64,000 nucleotides of DNA from an uncultured delta proteobacterium (GTDB lineage: Bacteria > Myxococcota_A > UBA9160 > UBA4427), in NCBI GenBank assembly GCA_963822965.1, contig CAWGJT010000005.1, forward strand, positions 992,001-1,056,000, read 5' to 3'. Of this stretch, positions 50,170 through 60,288 are shown one piece after another. The notes under the pieces are model-generated. The model made no database searches. It had not been told where the DNA came from and worked only from the letters and a program-made list of their open reading frames with translations. The translations under genes were made by a program, and so were the position numbers. Each line of letters opens with the position of its first letter. Within the stretch, counting starts at the first letter, position 1.

Positions 50170-51708
50170 CTAGGCGCGGATGTTCGTGAACGCGATCACG
50201 TCCTGGACGGGAGCGGCGCTTCCGATCCGGTGGCCGGGAATCGCGGAGTCGAGGTTGGCGATCTCCCCGTGCAGGGCGAGGTAGTTGGCGACGATCGCCT
50301 CGGCCAGGGATTCCGGGTTGTTGCTGATCTCGCTGGCGTTCGTCTCCACCGAGCCGTCCGAGCGGAACCAGCCGATCTGCTGCCGGGCCGGATCCGTGAG
50401 GACCGGCTGGCCGTTCGGGCTGTAGACCAGCATGAAGGCGGCGGCCGTGCTGGAGTTGTCGCCCCGCCACACGCCCTTGCCGCGACCGGCGTTGGTTCCG
50501 TCGATCTGACCGTTCGAGTCGAGCGAGCCGTCCGAGCACACGTAGAGGCAGAGCTCCTTGCCCGTCTGGGCGGCGTACTCGAGGCAGGCGCCCATGGCCA
50601 GGCCCGCTTGGAAGTCGCGCACCTCGCCGGTGGCCCGGGTGCCGTCGTGGTAGTCGTAGCCGCCGAACTCGATGGTGCCCGCGCCCGCGTGGCCGTCCAC
50701 CACGAGCTTCATCACCGCCGCGGTCTTCTGGAACCTGCCCTGGCCGAGCTCGTTCGCGTCGAAGATCGGCGTGGCGCCCGTGGCGATCACCGGGTCGAGG
50801 CGCGGATCCAGCGAGGTCGGATCACCGTAGATCGAGACGAGATCGCTGCTCTGCTGGTACGCGCAGCGCACGAGATCGGTGACGATCAGGTCCTCGGTCA
50901 GCTCGAGCTTGTCCACCTTGCGGTCGCTCAGCCGCTCGACCGCCGCCATCACCGCGTCGGCGCCCTCGGTGTCCATGTACTGGACGAGCCGGCCCGTATC
51001 CACGAGACCCGTGGCATCCGAGGGACGGTCCACCTTGGTGGGACGGACCGAGGGATCGAACCACGAGGCGGGGTTCATCGAGTTGCCGCCCGAGTCCGAG
51101 GGGCGCGTCCCGATGAGGGTGAGCAGGCCGCCGCTGGAGCCGGTGGCCGCAATCCCGTACATCGGGTTCAGGGGATTGTTCTGGGTGTCGTTGGACGACC
51201 GGGTGCAGAAGACGGCCCCGTTCGTGCCCTGCTGGGTCGCGAGCGACGTCTTGAGCTTCATGCCGCGCAGGAAAGGGCTGTCGATGTGGAAGGGCAGACC
51301 GAAGGTCAGGTCGATCACCGTCGGGTCCTGCACCGGCGACATCGCGGGCGGCAGGCCCTGCTTCACGTAGCCTTCCACGTCCAGGAGGTTCTGGTAGCCC
51401 CCCTGCCGACCCACCAGCACGTTCGATCCCACCATGTTGGCGCCGCCGGCGAGATCCATGCAGATGAACGGGATGCGGCCCGCGCCGCCCGCCGTCAGCG
51501 TGCACTGCAGCGCCTGGGCCTGGGCGGCGTTTCCGTTGCGCCCGAGGAGCCCCATCAGGCTCGGGGAGATCACCATCGCGGCGCCCGCGATGAAGCCCTG
51601 CCCCAGGAACTCACGGCGCGTCCGCGGACGCGGGTGGTTCAAGTGGTAGAGCGGCTCGAGGCGCTCGGGCTCGTTCGGCTTGTCGTGTCGGGCTCGGAAT
51701 AGCTTCAT
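50170..51708 (-). CDS. Tat-exported DUF1501-like protein
   Basis: TRREFLGQG twin-arginine motif; DLAGGAN, GGYDYHDG, VCSDG. Confidence 0.65.
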   Translation of the reverse strand: MKLFRARHDKPNEPERLEPLYHLNHPRPRTRREFLGQGFIAGAAMVISPSLMGLLGRNGNAAQAQALQCTLTAGGAGRIPFICMDLAGGANMVGSNVLVGRQGGYQNLLDVEGYVKQGLPPAMSPVQDPTVIDLTFGLPFHIDSPFLRGMKLKTSLATQQGTNGAVFCTRSSNDTQNNPLNPMYGIAATGSSGGLLTLIGTRPSDSGGNSMNPASWFDPSVRPTKVDRPSDATGLVDTGRLVQYMDTEGADAVMAAVERLSDRKVDKLELTEDLIVTDLVRCAYQQSSDLVSIYGDPTSLDPRLDPVIATGATPIFDANELGQGRFQKTAAVMKLVVDGHAGAGTIEFGGYDYHDGTRATGEVRDFQAGLAMGACLEYAAQTGKELCLYVCSDGSLDSNGQIDGTNAGRGKGVWRGDNSSTAAAFMLVYSPNGQPVLTDPARQQIGWFRSDGSVETNASEISNNPESLAEAIVANYLALHGEIANLDSAIPGHRIGSAAPVQDVIAFTNIRA

Positions 51709-51720
51709 GGTGTCGGGCCT

Positions 51721-53897
51721 CTATTGAACCATCACGCCGGCGCTCGCGAGGGTGGCCGTACAGGCGCCCTTCACGATGTTGACGGTGCGGTCGGCGTCGC
51801 AGGGCGTCAGATTGCAGGCCATCAGGTCGACGATCAGCTGGTCCAGGTCGGCCTCGACCATCGCCGAATCGGCCTGGTTGGCCAGCTCCTGCGCGGGCGT
51901 TCCGTGCCGCAGCATCTTCGTGACGAGAGGCTCGGTGATCAGGTCGAACTTCGCCGGCGAATCGAAGGCCACCGACGGAATCGCGGTCCACTGGAAGCCG
52001 GCTCCGAAGAAGGCGTCGCGCAGGCTCGTGTCGCCTTCCACCATCTCGTGGCAGTACTCGAAGGCCAGCTTGGAGATGCCCACCTGATGCGACGACACGA
52101 AGGAGCGGATGTCCTCGGTGCTCGGCAGCTGCTGCGTGAGCTCCTCGTAGGTGGCCTTCACCGCCGGGGTGAAGGGATCGACGCCCGTGAGCGTCGCCAT
52201 CGTCTCGTTGATCCGGGCGTAGTCGCGGAAGCCCACCACCGGAACCGGGTCGAGGACGTCCGTGCTGACCACGTACGGCGGAATCACCGGATCGACGGGG
52301 CTCTGGAAGTTGCCGAGCTGCTCGAAGGCGACCGTGAACGTGTCCTGGTTGTTCGGCAGCTCCTTGCGGATCGACCGCGCACAGCCGCGAGAGCTGGTGA
52401 CCGTCCGCTCAGCACCGTGTCCTGCAGCTGCGAGAAGGCCTGGCCCTCGACGGGCGCGTTGCCGTTCACCTGGATGCGGATGTTCTGCACGGTGAGCCCG
52501 GCCGGGTTCGGTCCGCGAATGGTGGGCTGGCAGAAGAGGTAGCTGTAGGCGTCGAGCTCGGTGACCGCGAAGTCGATGGTGGTGCCGGCGCCCGCCCACT
52601 GGCTGATGTCGAAGGTGAGGGTGAGCGCTTGCCGACGCCCGCCTTGTAGTTCTTCGAATCTGCGCGGCGTCAGCGCCCGGTCGTAGACCGCGAGAAAGCG
52701 CACCTGCCCGATCCACTCGTTGTCCGGTGTTGTTGATCTCGTTGCCGATGGCGAGGCGGTCCCGCTCGTCCCAGTTCCAGAGGCGGCCGGTGTCCTGCTC
52801 GTCCATGTCGTCCGTCCACACGCCGTCCACGTAGATGCGGCGGCCCGAGGAAGACGATCGAAGGTGACCACCACGTGCTGCAGGGTGGCCTGCAGGTCCT
52901 CGTCCATGGTCGTAGGTGATGAGGGACGGGTCGCCCACGTTGTTCACGCCCTCCGCGACGCTGCGGTTGCGGAACACGTACTGGTAGAGGTTCTGGCCGA
53001 CTGTGAAGTTGGCGTTTCCCGCGCTGCGCGAGTAGGTGATGATGCGGGCGGGCCCGCTTTCGCCGTCCTGGGTCGTGTTGCCCGGGAACCAGCCAGGCCT
53101 CCACCGAGTACTCGCCCGGTGCCGACGCCCGGCTCGGCGATGTGCTCGTAGAGCTTGCGGCTGTCGGCCTCGGTCGCGGTCGCGATTCCGCCCTCGGCGA
53201 CGTCGATGCCGTAGCTGCTCATGAACACGGCGTCCGAGCGAGAGGGTGAGGTCCATCGCCGGTGCGCACGCCGCTCGTGTCGAACGCCGTCGTGCCGGTC
53301 TCCTCCTTGAACTCGCAGCGCGCGATGATGTTGTCGTCGTAGCGCTCGCCACCCTCGTCCTCGACGCCGTCGGCCAGGGTGTGCGAATCGCTGACGAGCT
53401 GCGCGACGTCGACTCCCGTGCCGCCACCGGACGAGCCGGCCTGCTCGAGCAGCGCGTCCCAGGCCTGCACGGCGGCCAGCATCTCGGCGCCGTTCTCGAC
53501 GCAGTTGCTCCAGCAGAAGTGGAAGTCGGTGGCCAGCCGGCGCACGAGGCGCGAAGACTCGGGCATCGTGAAGTTCACCTTCTGGTTGTCGATCACCGCC
53601 GAATAGGCGACCGCGGGTCCGAATGGGCGATGTGCGGGCGTGCCCGGACCGAAGCCCGCGTGGCACTGCCTGCAGTTGGCCGCGAGCAGCGGGTAGACGG
53701 TGCTCTGGAAGGCGGCCACCTGCTCGGTCTGGCTGAGACCGCCCAGGCCCGAGATCCGCCGCCGCCGACGACGACGGGTCTCCGTCGCGCCGCCGGTCCC
53801 TTGCCGCCCGAATAGTCGCCACAGGCGAAGGACAGGGCCGCAACGAATGGGATCGCGATCGAACAGAATCGGGATGTCGAGAGAGTGTTCGGTCCAT
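51721..53897 (-). CDS. c-type cytochrome/LamG-domain lipoprotein (multiple frameshifts)
   Basis: LSFAC lipobox; NCRQCH at 53660-53674; HFCWSNC; LamG signatures (FKEETGTTAFDTSG, YSVEAW, HVVVTFD, IYVDG, VYDRALT) spread over frames. Confidence 0.75.
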
Positions 53898-55144
53898 CAG
53901 TCGTCCATGCAGTAGGCGGCGACCTTGGCGAAGACCATCTTCATGCTGTAGTCCTGGTCCTCGAAGTCCGTCGCGATACTCTCCACCGTGTTGCGTTCGG
54001 TTTCATTCGCGGGGTCCCGGAAGCAGACCTGGCGAAACACCTTCTGCACCTGGCAGCGCGCGAAGCCGCGGCTGTTCGCGACCTCCTCTCCGAGACTCTT
54101 CGCTCCGTAGCCGCCACCCGGGAAGGGAATCGCTCCAGCCGAAGATCGCGTTCTGGCCCTCCCGCCAGTAGTTGTCCCATCGGTTGTCCGTCGTGACGTA
54201 TCCGAAGGGGAAGACGTTCCCGTTGATCAGATACTTCGAGCTGGACGTCTCCGCGCGTGTGGATCACACGCTGCTGGTTCTCGTCCCACTCGAAGTAGGC
54301 GAAGGCGCCGGCCAGCGGGTCCATGCCGGAATGACATCCGCTGCAGGTGTTGAGGAAGATCTGGCTGTCGCCGCCCGGGCTGCGACTCACGTCCTGGCGG
54401 ATGCGATCGACGGGCCGGGTGACGTCGGACAGCTGCTCCATGTCGACGCACAGGTAGTTGATGGCCAGGTAGCGCCACATGGCGCGATTGGTTCCGCCGG
54501 AGAAGAACGCTTCTCGCCGGCCGCGCGGCTGGTGATGATGCCGGCCGACTCGGAGGCGTCGAGCATCGAGCCCGGCAGCTCGTCCTGGTTCCACGGGACG
54601 AAGTCGGCGGGGTTCGAGAGATCGACGCCCATCGACTCGAGCTGCTCGTAGTGGACGTTGTCGGTCTGCGAGTAGTCGGCCGGAACGACCCGGGAGCCGT
54701 TGTTCGAGGCTCCGCCGCGACCGATGTAGATCGTGTTTCCGGTCAGGACCTCGGTGAAGGGACGGTCGTCCCGGATGATGCCGATCACCGTGGCCGTGTA
54801 GTCGTTGAGGGGCGCGAAGACCGTGCGGTCCTCGTTGGTCCAGGGCGTGATCCAGGTCTTCAGCGTCGAGTTGTAGAAGACGGGGTTCTGCATCGCGAGC
54901 GCGGCCGCCCCGTCCGGTGTCTTCGCCGGCGATCAGGGCCTCCATCGCGTCGAGGGTCGCCGCGTCGGGGGGAATGCCGACGATGCGGTCGTGCATGCGC
55001 ATCGCGGACTCGCGGGGACCGGCCGTCGCGGACCCGCGGCGAGCGCGAGCACGACGCCGAGGGCGGCGGCCAGCGACGCGCGCACGAAGGGGCGGCGGCG
55101 GAGGTCGGGGCCTTCGGGGAAGGGGAGTGCCTGGCTGAACGCAT
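53897..55144 (-). CDS. Exported monoheme CxxCH protein, PSD/DUF1588-like (frameshifts)
   Basis: Signal peptide, AGIITSR, GTNRA, CSGCHSGMDPL at 54331-54345, FARCQV..VF..VC; TGATG coupling to the next gene. Confidence 0.75.
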
Positions 55145-55234
55145 GCTCGAACCCACCTCGTCTCTTCGGCCCCCCGTCCCAGGCCGCGACCGCGGAGTAC
55201 GCCCAAGAGCTTCGGGACGCTTCAGATCCTTGTC

Positions 55235-55250
55235 GGTGACCCGGATCACA
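55235..55250. promoter_or_regulatory. CRP/FNR-family-like site
   Basis: Minus strand TGTGA-TCCGGG-TCACC, 9/10 match to TGTGA-N6-TCACA. Confidence 0.45.
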
Positions 55251-55620
55251 AACTTGGGGGTGAAACCCAGCGCTCCCTTCCGATACGATCGAAAATATCA
55301 CGGAGTGCGCAGGTCGCGGCGCAGCGAGTTCGGGGCAAGCGCGCGACCCGCTGAGCGCGAATCCGGATGTCCGCCGAGCGGGCCCCGGGCGCTCGGAATG
55401 ACTCGGTCGTCTCGTGCCGGAAAGCCCGGTATTCCGGCGGCGAAGCCCGGGGCTCTGCGGCGCGGCCTTCCCGGGCGCTGCACATGCTCTCCGATGGAAT
55501 CGCGGACCAGACCGGCAAGACCGCGCCTCGTGATCGGCCCGGCGCGCGCCGGTCCGCCGCGGATCCGGGTCGAAGATCACAGTTTCCGGGGGGCATCGTC
55601 CGATAGGCCCCCACGTGGAT

Positions 55621-57984
55621 GTGATCACGCGCACGGCCTGCACGGCGGCACGGCCGCTCCCGCGCTCCGGCGACTCCCCGCGCTGTCGTGCTCGCTCGTC
55701 TTCTTCCTTCTTCTTCTTACCGTCGTCACCGGGTGGTCGCTCCCGCCGGCTCCGGGCGGGCGGCCGAGCGACGCCGAGCGCGCCGGGCGCGGAGGCTCGA
55801 CTCCTGCCCCGCGACGGGACGCCGGCCGTGGTGGCGCGGCTGCTGGTGGAGCGCGGGCCCCGGACCGGGCTCGCGTGGGCGTGCTCTTCGACCTGGCGCC
55901 GGGCTGGCACGTGTACTGGCGGAGCGCAGGCGACACCGGACTGCCCCCGGAGCTCGCCTTCGACGTGACGAACGCCGAGGTCGGGCCCCATCCAGTGGCC
56001 GACCCCGGTGGCGTTCCTCGCGGAGACCTCCGGGAGCGACCTCCGCAGCTACGGCTACGTGGGACAGGTGCTGCTCGCGGCGGACGCGGTCTTCGATGGC
56101 CCCCCCGCACCCGACGGCCGCATCGCCGTGGACGGCGACGTCCTCGTCTGCGAGTCCGAGTGCGTCCCGACGAGCTTCCGGCTCGAGCGGTCCCTCGACG
56201 CGCCCCTGCCCGGGCTCGGCCCCGGCGACGAGAAGCAGCTCTTCCGACGCTTCGCGGAGCGTCTGCCCGAGGCCCCCGAAGCCCGGGGCATCGCGCTCGA
56301 GGCGCGCTACTCCCAGAGCGCCATCCGACCGGGCGACGCCTTCGTGGCCGCCATCGGCGTTCGCTCCTGCGCGGGCTCGGACAGCCCGGCGGGCGGGTGC
56401 GTGCCCCTCGAGCCGCGCGCCACACCCGAAGACGGCGTCGTCTTCTTCCCCGACGACAGCGAGAGCCTCGAGCTCCGGGTCACCGGCGTCTTCCAGGACC
56501 CGGCGGATCCCCACGTCCACTGGGTGTCCCTGGCCGGTCTCGCCGAGCCCGACGAGCCGATCGACGTCGGCGCGCCTCTCCGGGGTGCTGGCGCTGGCCG
56601 ACCCCGAAGGCCGGCCGCACCACCTCGAGGTCGATCTCCCGCTGCCGACCGCGAGCGCCGGCGCAGCGGTGGAGACGATGGAGCTTCCCTGGCTTACCCC
56701 CGCCGCGACGTCGTCCGCCGCGCCCGCTGTCCCCCTCCTGCACGCGCTGCTGCTGGCGCTGCTGGGCGGCCTGGTGCTGAACCTCATGCCGTGCGTGCTT
56801 CCGGTGCTGGCCATCAAGGTCTTCTCGATCTCCGAGATGGCGCACGCCGCTCACGTCGGCCGCGGCGAGCCGATCCGACACGGTGTCGCCTACACGGCGG
56901 GGATCCTCGGCTCGATGGCGGTGCTGGGCACGAGCGTCGTCGCCCTGCGCGCCGCCGGGCACTCGGTGGGCTGGGGCTTCCAGTTCCAGGAGCCGATCTA
57001 CGTGGCGGCGATCTGCGCCGTGCTGGTGGCGTTCGCGCTGAACCTCTTCGGCGTCTTCGAGATCCAGGTGGGCGTGGGCGCGCTCGGCAATCTCGGGCCA
57101 GCAGGCCACCGGAGCGAGACGGAGCTTCTTCGAGGGCCTGCTGGCGGTGGCCCTCGCGACGCCGTGCTCGGCGCCCTTCCTGGGCACCGCCATCGGCTTC
57201 GCGTTCGCCAGCGAGCCGAGCGTGATCCTGGCGATCTTCCTCGCGGTCGGGGCTCGGCCTGGCGGCGCCCTTCGCGCTCGTGACGCTGGTGCCCTCGTGG
57301 TCGCGCTTCGTGCCGCGTTCGGGCGCGTGGATGCACGTGGTGCGCTGCGGGCTCGGGTTCTCCCTGCTGGCCACGGTCGTCTGGCTGCTCTGGATCTTCG
57401 GCGCCACCGCGCAGCTCGACGGCGTGATCGGCCTGTGCGGCTTGCTGCTGGCGCTGGCGTTCGGCCTGTGGTGCTTCGGGCTGGTGCAGCGCTCGAATCG
57501 CCCGCGCATGACCCTGGCGACGGGCGCGTTCGTCCTGCTGCTCGGCGTCGCCGGACTGAACGGGGTGAGCGCGCGCCTCGACCAGGCCGCGGCGTCCGGC
57601 GAGCCCACGGGCGACGCCAGCCTCCCGCACCTGGCGCGCCTGGACGAGCGCGGACGTGCGCGGACGCCCTCGCCACCGGCTCCCCCGTCTTCGTCCGGTT
57701 CACCGCGGACTGGTGCATCACCTGCAAGGTGAACGAGCGCCTCGTCCTCCGGGACGAGGCCGTCGGAGACGGCCCTCGACCGCGGCGGCTTCGTGCGCTT
57801 CGTCGGCGACTGGACCCGGCGCGACGAGACGATTCGCGGCGAGCTGGCCCGACACGGCCGCGCGGGCGTCCCCCTCTACCTCGTCTACGACCCGGAGCGT
57901 CCCGACGAGCCCGTGCTGCTGCCCGAGCTGCTGTCCGTCGACGCAACCCTCGCCGCGGTGCGCGCGGCCGCGGAGGGATCGTGA
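55621..57984 (+). CDS. dsbD: Protein-disulfide reductase DsbD (multiple frameshifts)
   Basis: GWHVYW..GDTG, LVCESECVP, LNLMPCVLPVL, ATPCSAPFLG, TADWCITC, GVPLY; start approximate. Confidence 0.85.
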
Positions 57985-58152
57985 CGCCCGTCACCCACAA
58001 AGCCTCAAGCCCGCCCGATCGTCGGGACGATGAGCAGGCGAGCTGCGCGTTCCCGAGTCTCGGAAGCGGGATCGCACCACGGCCCGAATCGCGATCGAGA
58101 CCGGATTCGATCCAGAAGAGACAGAGACAGGAGACAGAAGGAAGCAGGACCC

Positions 58153-58723
58153 GTGAAGAACCCCCAGGACCGCACATCGGAGATCCGAACCCCTCGTCGA
58201 GCTCGCCCGGGAGTACCGGTCGCGAAGCGGGTGGCCCTCGCGCTCGCGGCGGCGCTGCTGCTCGCGAGCCAGACCGCGCCTCGCCCTCGAGGCGGGCGAC
58301 CCCGTGGCCGACTTCGAGGCGCCGCTCCTCGGCAGCAAGCACACGCTCAGCCTCGCCGACTATCGAGGCAAGGTCGTCTACCTCGACTTCTGGGCGTCCT
58401 GGTGCGATCCGTGCCAGAAGGCCATCCCCGCCATCGAGAAGCTCCGCAGCGAGTTTCCGGCCTCCGAGTTCCAGGTGGTCGCCGTGAACATCGACAAGAG
58501 CACCAAGAAGGCGATGAAGTTCCTGAAGAAGAACCCCATCGGATACCCGAGCGTGACGGACCTGCGGGGCAAGCTGTCGCGCACCTTCGGGTTCGAGACG
58601 ATGCCCACGTCGTACCTGATCGACCGCAAGGGTGTCATCCGCTACGTGCACAGCGGCTTCCGCGACGAAGACGTGCCCGAGCTGCGCGCGCAGATCTCGA
58701 AGCTGGTGGGGAAGAAGCGATGA
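58153..58723 (+). CDS. TlpA-family thiol-disulfide oxidoreductase (frameshift near the signal peptide)
   Basis: GKVVYLDFWASWCDPC, MPTSYLIDRKG. Confidence 0.9.
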
Positions 58724-58965
58724 AGACGAAGGGCCGTCTTCCGCTCCGCCTGCGCGCCCTGCTGCTGGCGGCGTTCGTCCTGGCCGCCTTCGGCGGCACG
58801 GGCTGCACGGTGGTGAAGCCCTGGGACCGCGAGATCCTCTCGCGCCCGGACATGGCCTTCGACAGCGACCCGCTCGAGACGGCCCGGCGCAACCACGTCT
58901 ACTACTCCAAGGAAGCGACCCCGCCCGGCGGCGGGGGCGGCGGCGGCGGCTGCGGCTGCAACTGA
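58720..58965 (+). CDS. DUF4266 lipoprotein
   Basis: TGC lipobox, VKPWDRE.L, SKE, C-terminal GGGGGGGGCGCN. Confidence 0.88.
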   Translation: MKTKGRLPLRLRALLLAAFVLAAFGGTGCTVVKPWDREILSRPDMAFDSDPLETARRNHVYYSKEATPPGGGGGGGGCGCN

Positions 58966-58972
58966 GAAGAAG

Positions 58973-60283
58973 ATGAAGCGAACCCAGCACCCTGCCGCAG
59001 ACCCGTTCTCGCACGATCGCGCGAAGGACCAGACCGCGACACCGTCTCGCGACGGCCACCTGCCCGCGCCCGGCACCGTGCTGCGGGCGCTCACCGCCAG
59101 CGCCATGGCGCTCCCCGGCATCGCGGGCAAGGCACATGCCGACGGTCCCGTCGAGGAGATCACCATCGAGGGGTCTCCCTTCACCTACTATCGCGAGGAC
59201 AACCTACGTCCCAAGAAGACGGTCTTCGGCATGGAACGAGACCGCATGGAGATCTTCACCTACAAGTTCCGCATCACGGCGCCGGTCACCGACCGCGCGG
59301 ACGTCGAGGCGGACGTCGGCTTCGAGACGATGAGCGGGGCGAGCCCCTGGTTCGTGCTGCCCGACCTGGCGAGCGATCGGGACGGGCGCCCGGTGCAGGT
59401 CATGAGCGGCGCGACCATCGACGACCAGCGCGGAGACCTGCTCCTCAAGGGGAACTACTACTTCGACCGAGCCAAGGTATCGCTCTCGTCGGGCTTCTCG
59501 ATCGAGAACGACTACGCGTCGGTCAACTTCGGCACCGGGGCCGAGCACTCGTTCAACGACAAGAACACCACCCTCTCCATCGGCGGCAACGTCTCCCTCG
59601 ACTGGATCGATCCCACCGACGCGAAGCTCTTCGATCGCGTGGAGTCGGAGAACAAGCAGAGCTACTCGGTCTTCCTGGGCTTCAGCCAGATCCTGACGCG
59701 CCACTCCGCGGTCCAGTCGACGTTCAGCTTCGATTACTCGGACGGCTACCTGTCCGACCCCTACAAGCGCGCGTACATCGAATCCCTGGGCTCCACCGAG
59801 CGCGACAACCGCCCCGACAACCGCAAGCAGTTCACGTGGCTCACGAAGTACCGCCATCACATCTCGGGTCTTCACGGCACGCTGCACCTGGACTACAAGC
59901 TCTACGTCGACGACTGGTCCATCAATTCACACACCTTCGACATCGCCTGGTACCAGAGTCTCCCCTTCGGCTTCCAGATCGTCCCCTCCTTCCGCTACTA
60001 CAGCCAGAGCCAGGCCGACTTCTACGAGGTCTACTATCCGGACGTCCGCTCCAACGGGCTCTATTCGAGCGACTACCGCCTCTCGCCCTTCGGCGCGCTC
60101 GGCTACGGCCTCAAGGCGACGTGGGGGATCGAGGACTGGCCGGGACGCCTCGACTGGCAGCTCGCGCTCTCCTGGGAGCGCTACGAGCAGTCCGCCGGGC
60201 TGGCCTTCCAGAGCGTCGACGTCGAGAACCCGGGCCTCGTGGCCTTCAATCTCTTCGCGGTCCGGATCACCGCGAAGTTCTAG
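58973..60283 (+). CDS. DUF3570 outer-membrane beta-barrel
   Basis: SGAS motif, S.ENDY.S, GYLSDPY, RYYSQSQADFY, SSDYRLS; terminal Phe. Confidence 0.85.
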   Translation: MKRTQHPAADPFSHDRAKDQTATPSRDGHLPAPGTVLRALTASAMALPGIAGKAHADGPVEEITIEGSPFTYYREDNLRPKKTVFGMERDRMEIFTYKFRITAPVTDRADVEADVGFETMSGASPWFVLPDLASDRDGRPVQVMSGATIDDQRGDLLLKGNYYFDRAKVSLSSGFSIENDYASVNFGTGAEHSFNDKNTTLSIGGNVSLDWIDPTDAKLFDRVESENKQSYSVFLGFSQILTRHSAVQSTFSFDYSDGYLSDPYKRAYIESLGSTERDNRPDNRKQFTWLTKYRHHISGLHGTLHLDYKLYVDDWSINSHTFDIAWYQSLPFGFQIVPSFRYYSQSQADFYEVYYPDVRSNGLYSSDYRLSPFGALGYGLKATWGIEDWPGRLDWQLALSWERYEQSAGLAFQSVDVENPGLVAFNLFAVRITAKF

Positions 60284-60288
60284 CCCGA

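Noticed and set aside
50170..51708. T2SS inner-membrane component because a secretin is nearby
   Set aside because: It has a Tat signal and no multi-TM GspF/PilC architecture.
55250..55620. Riboswitch or ncRNA in the divergent intergenic region
   Set aside because: GC hairpins are possible, but I recognise no conserved riboswitch motif; an Rfam search is needed.
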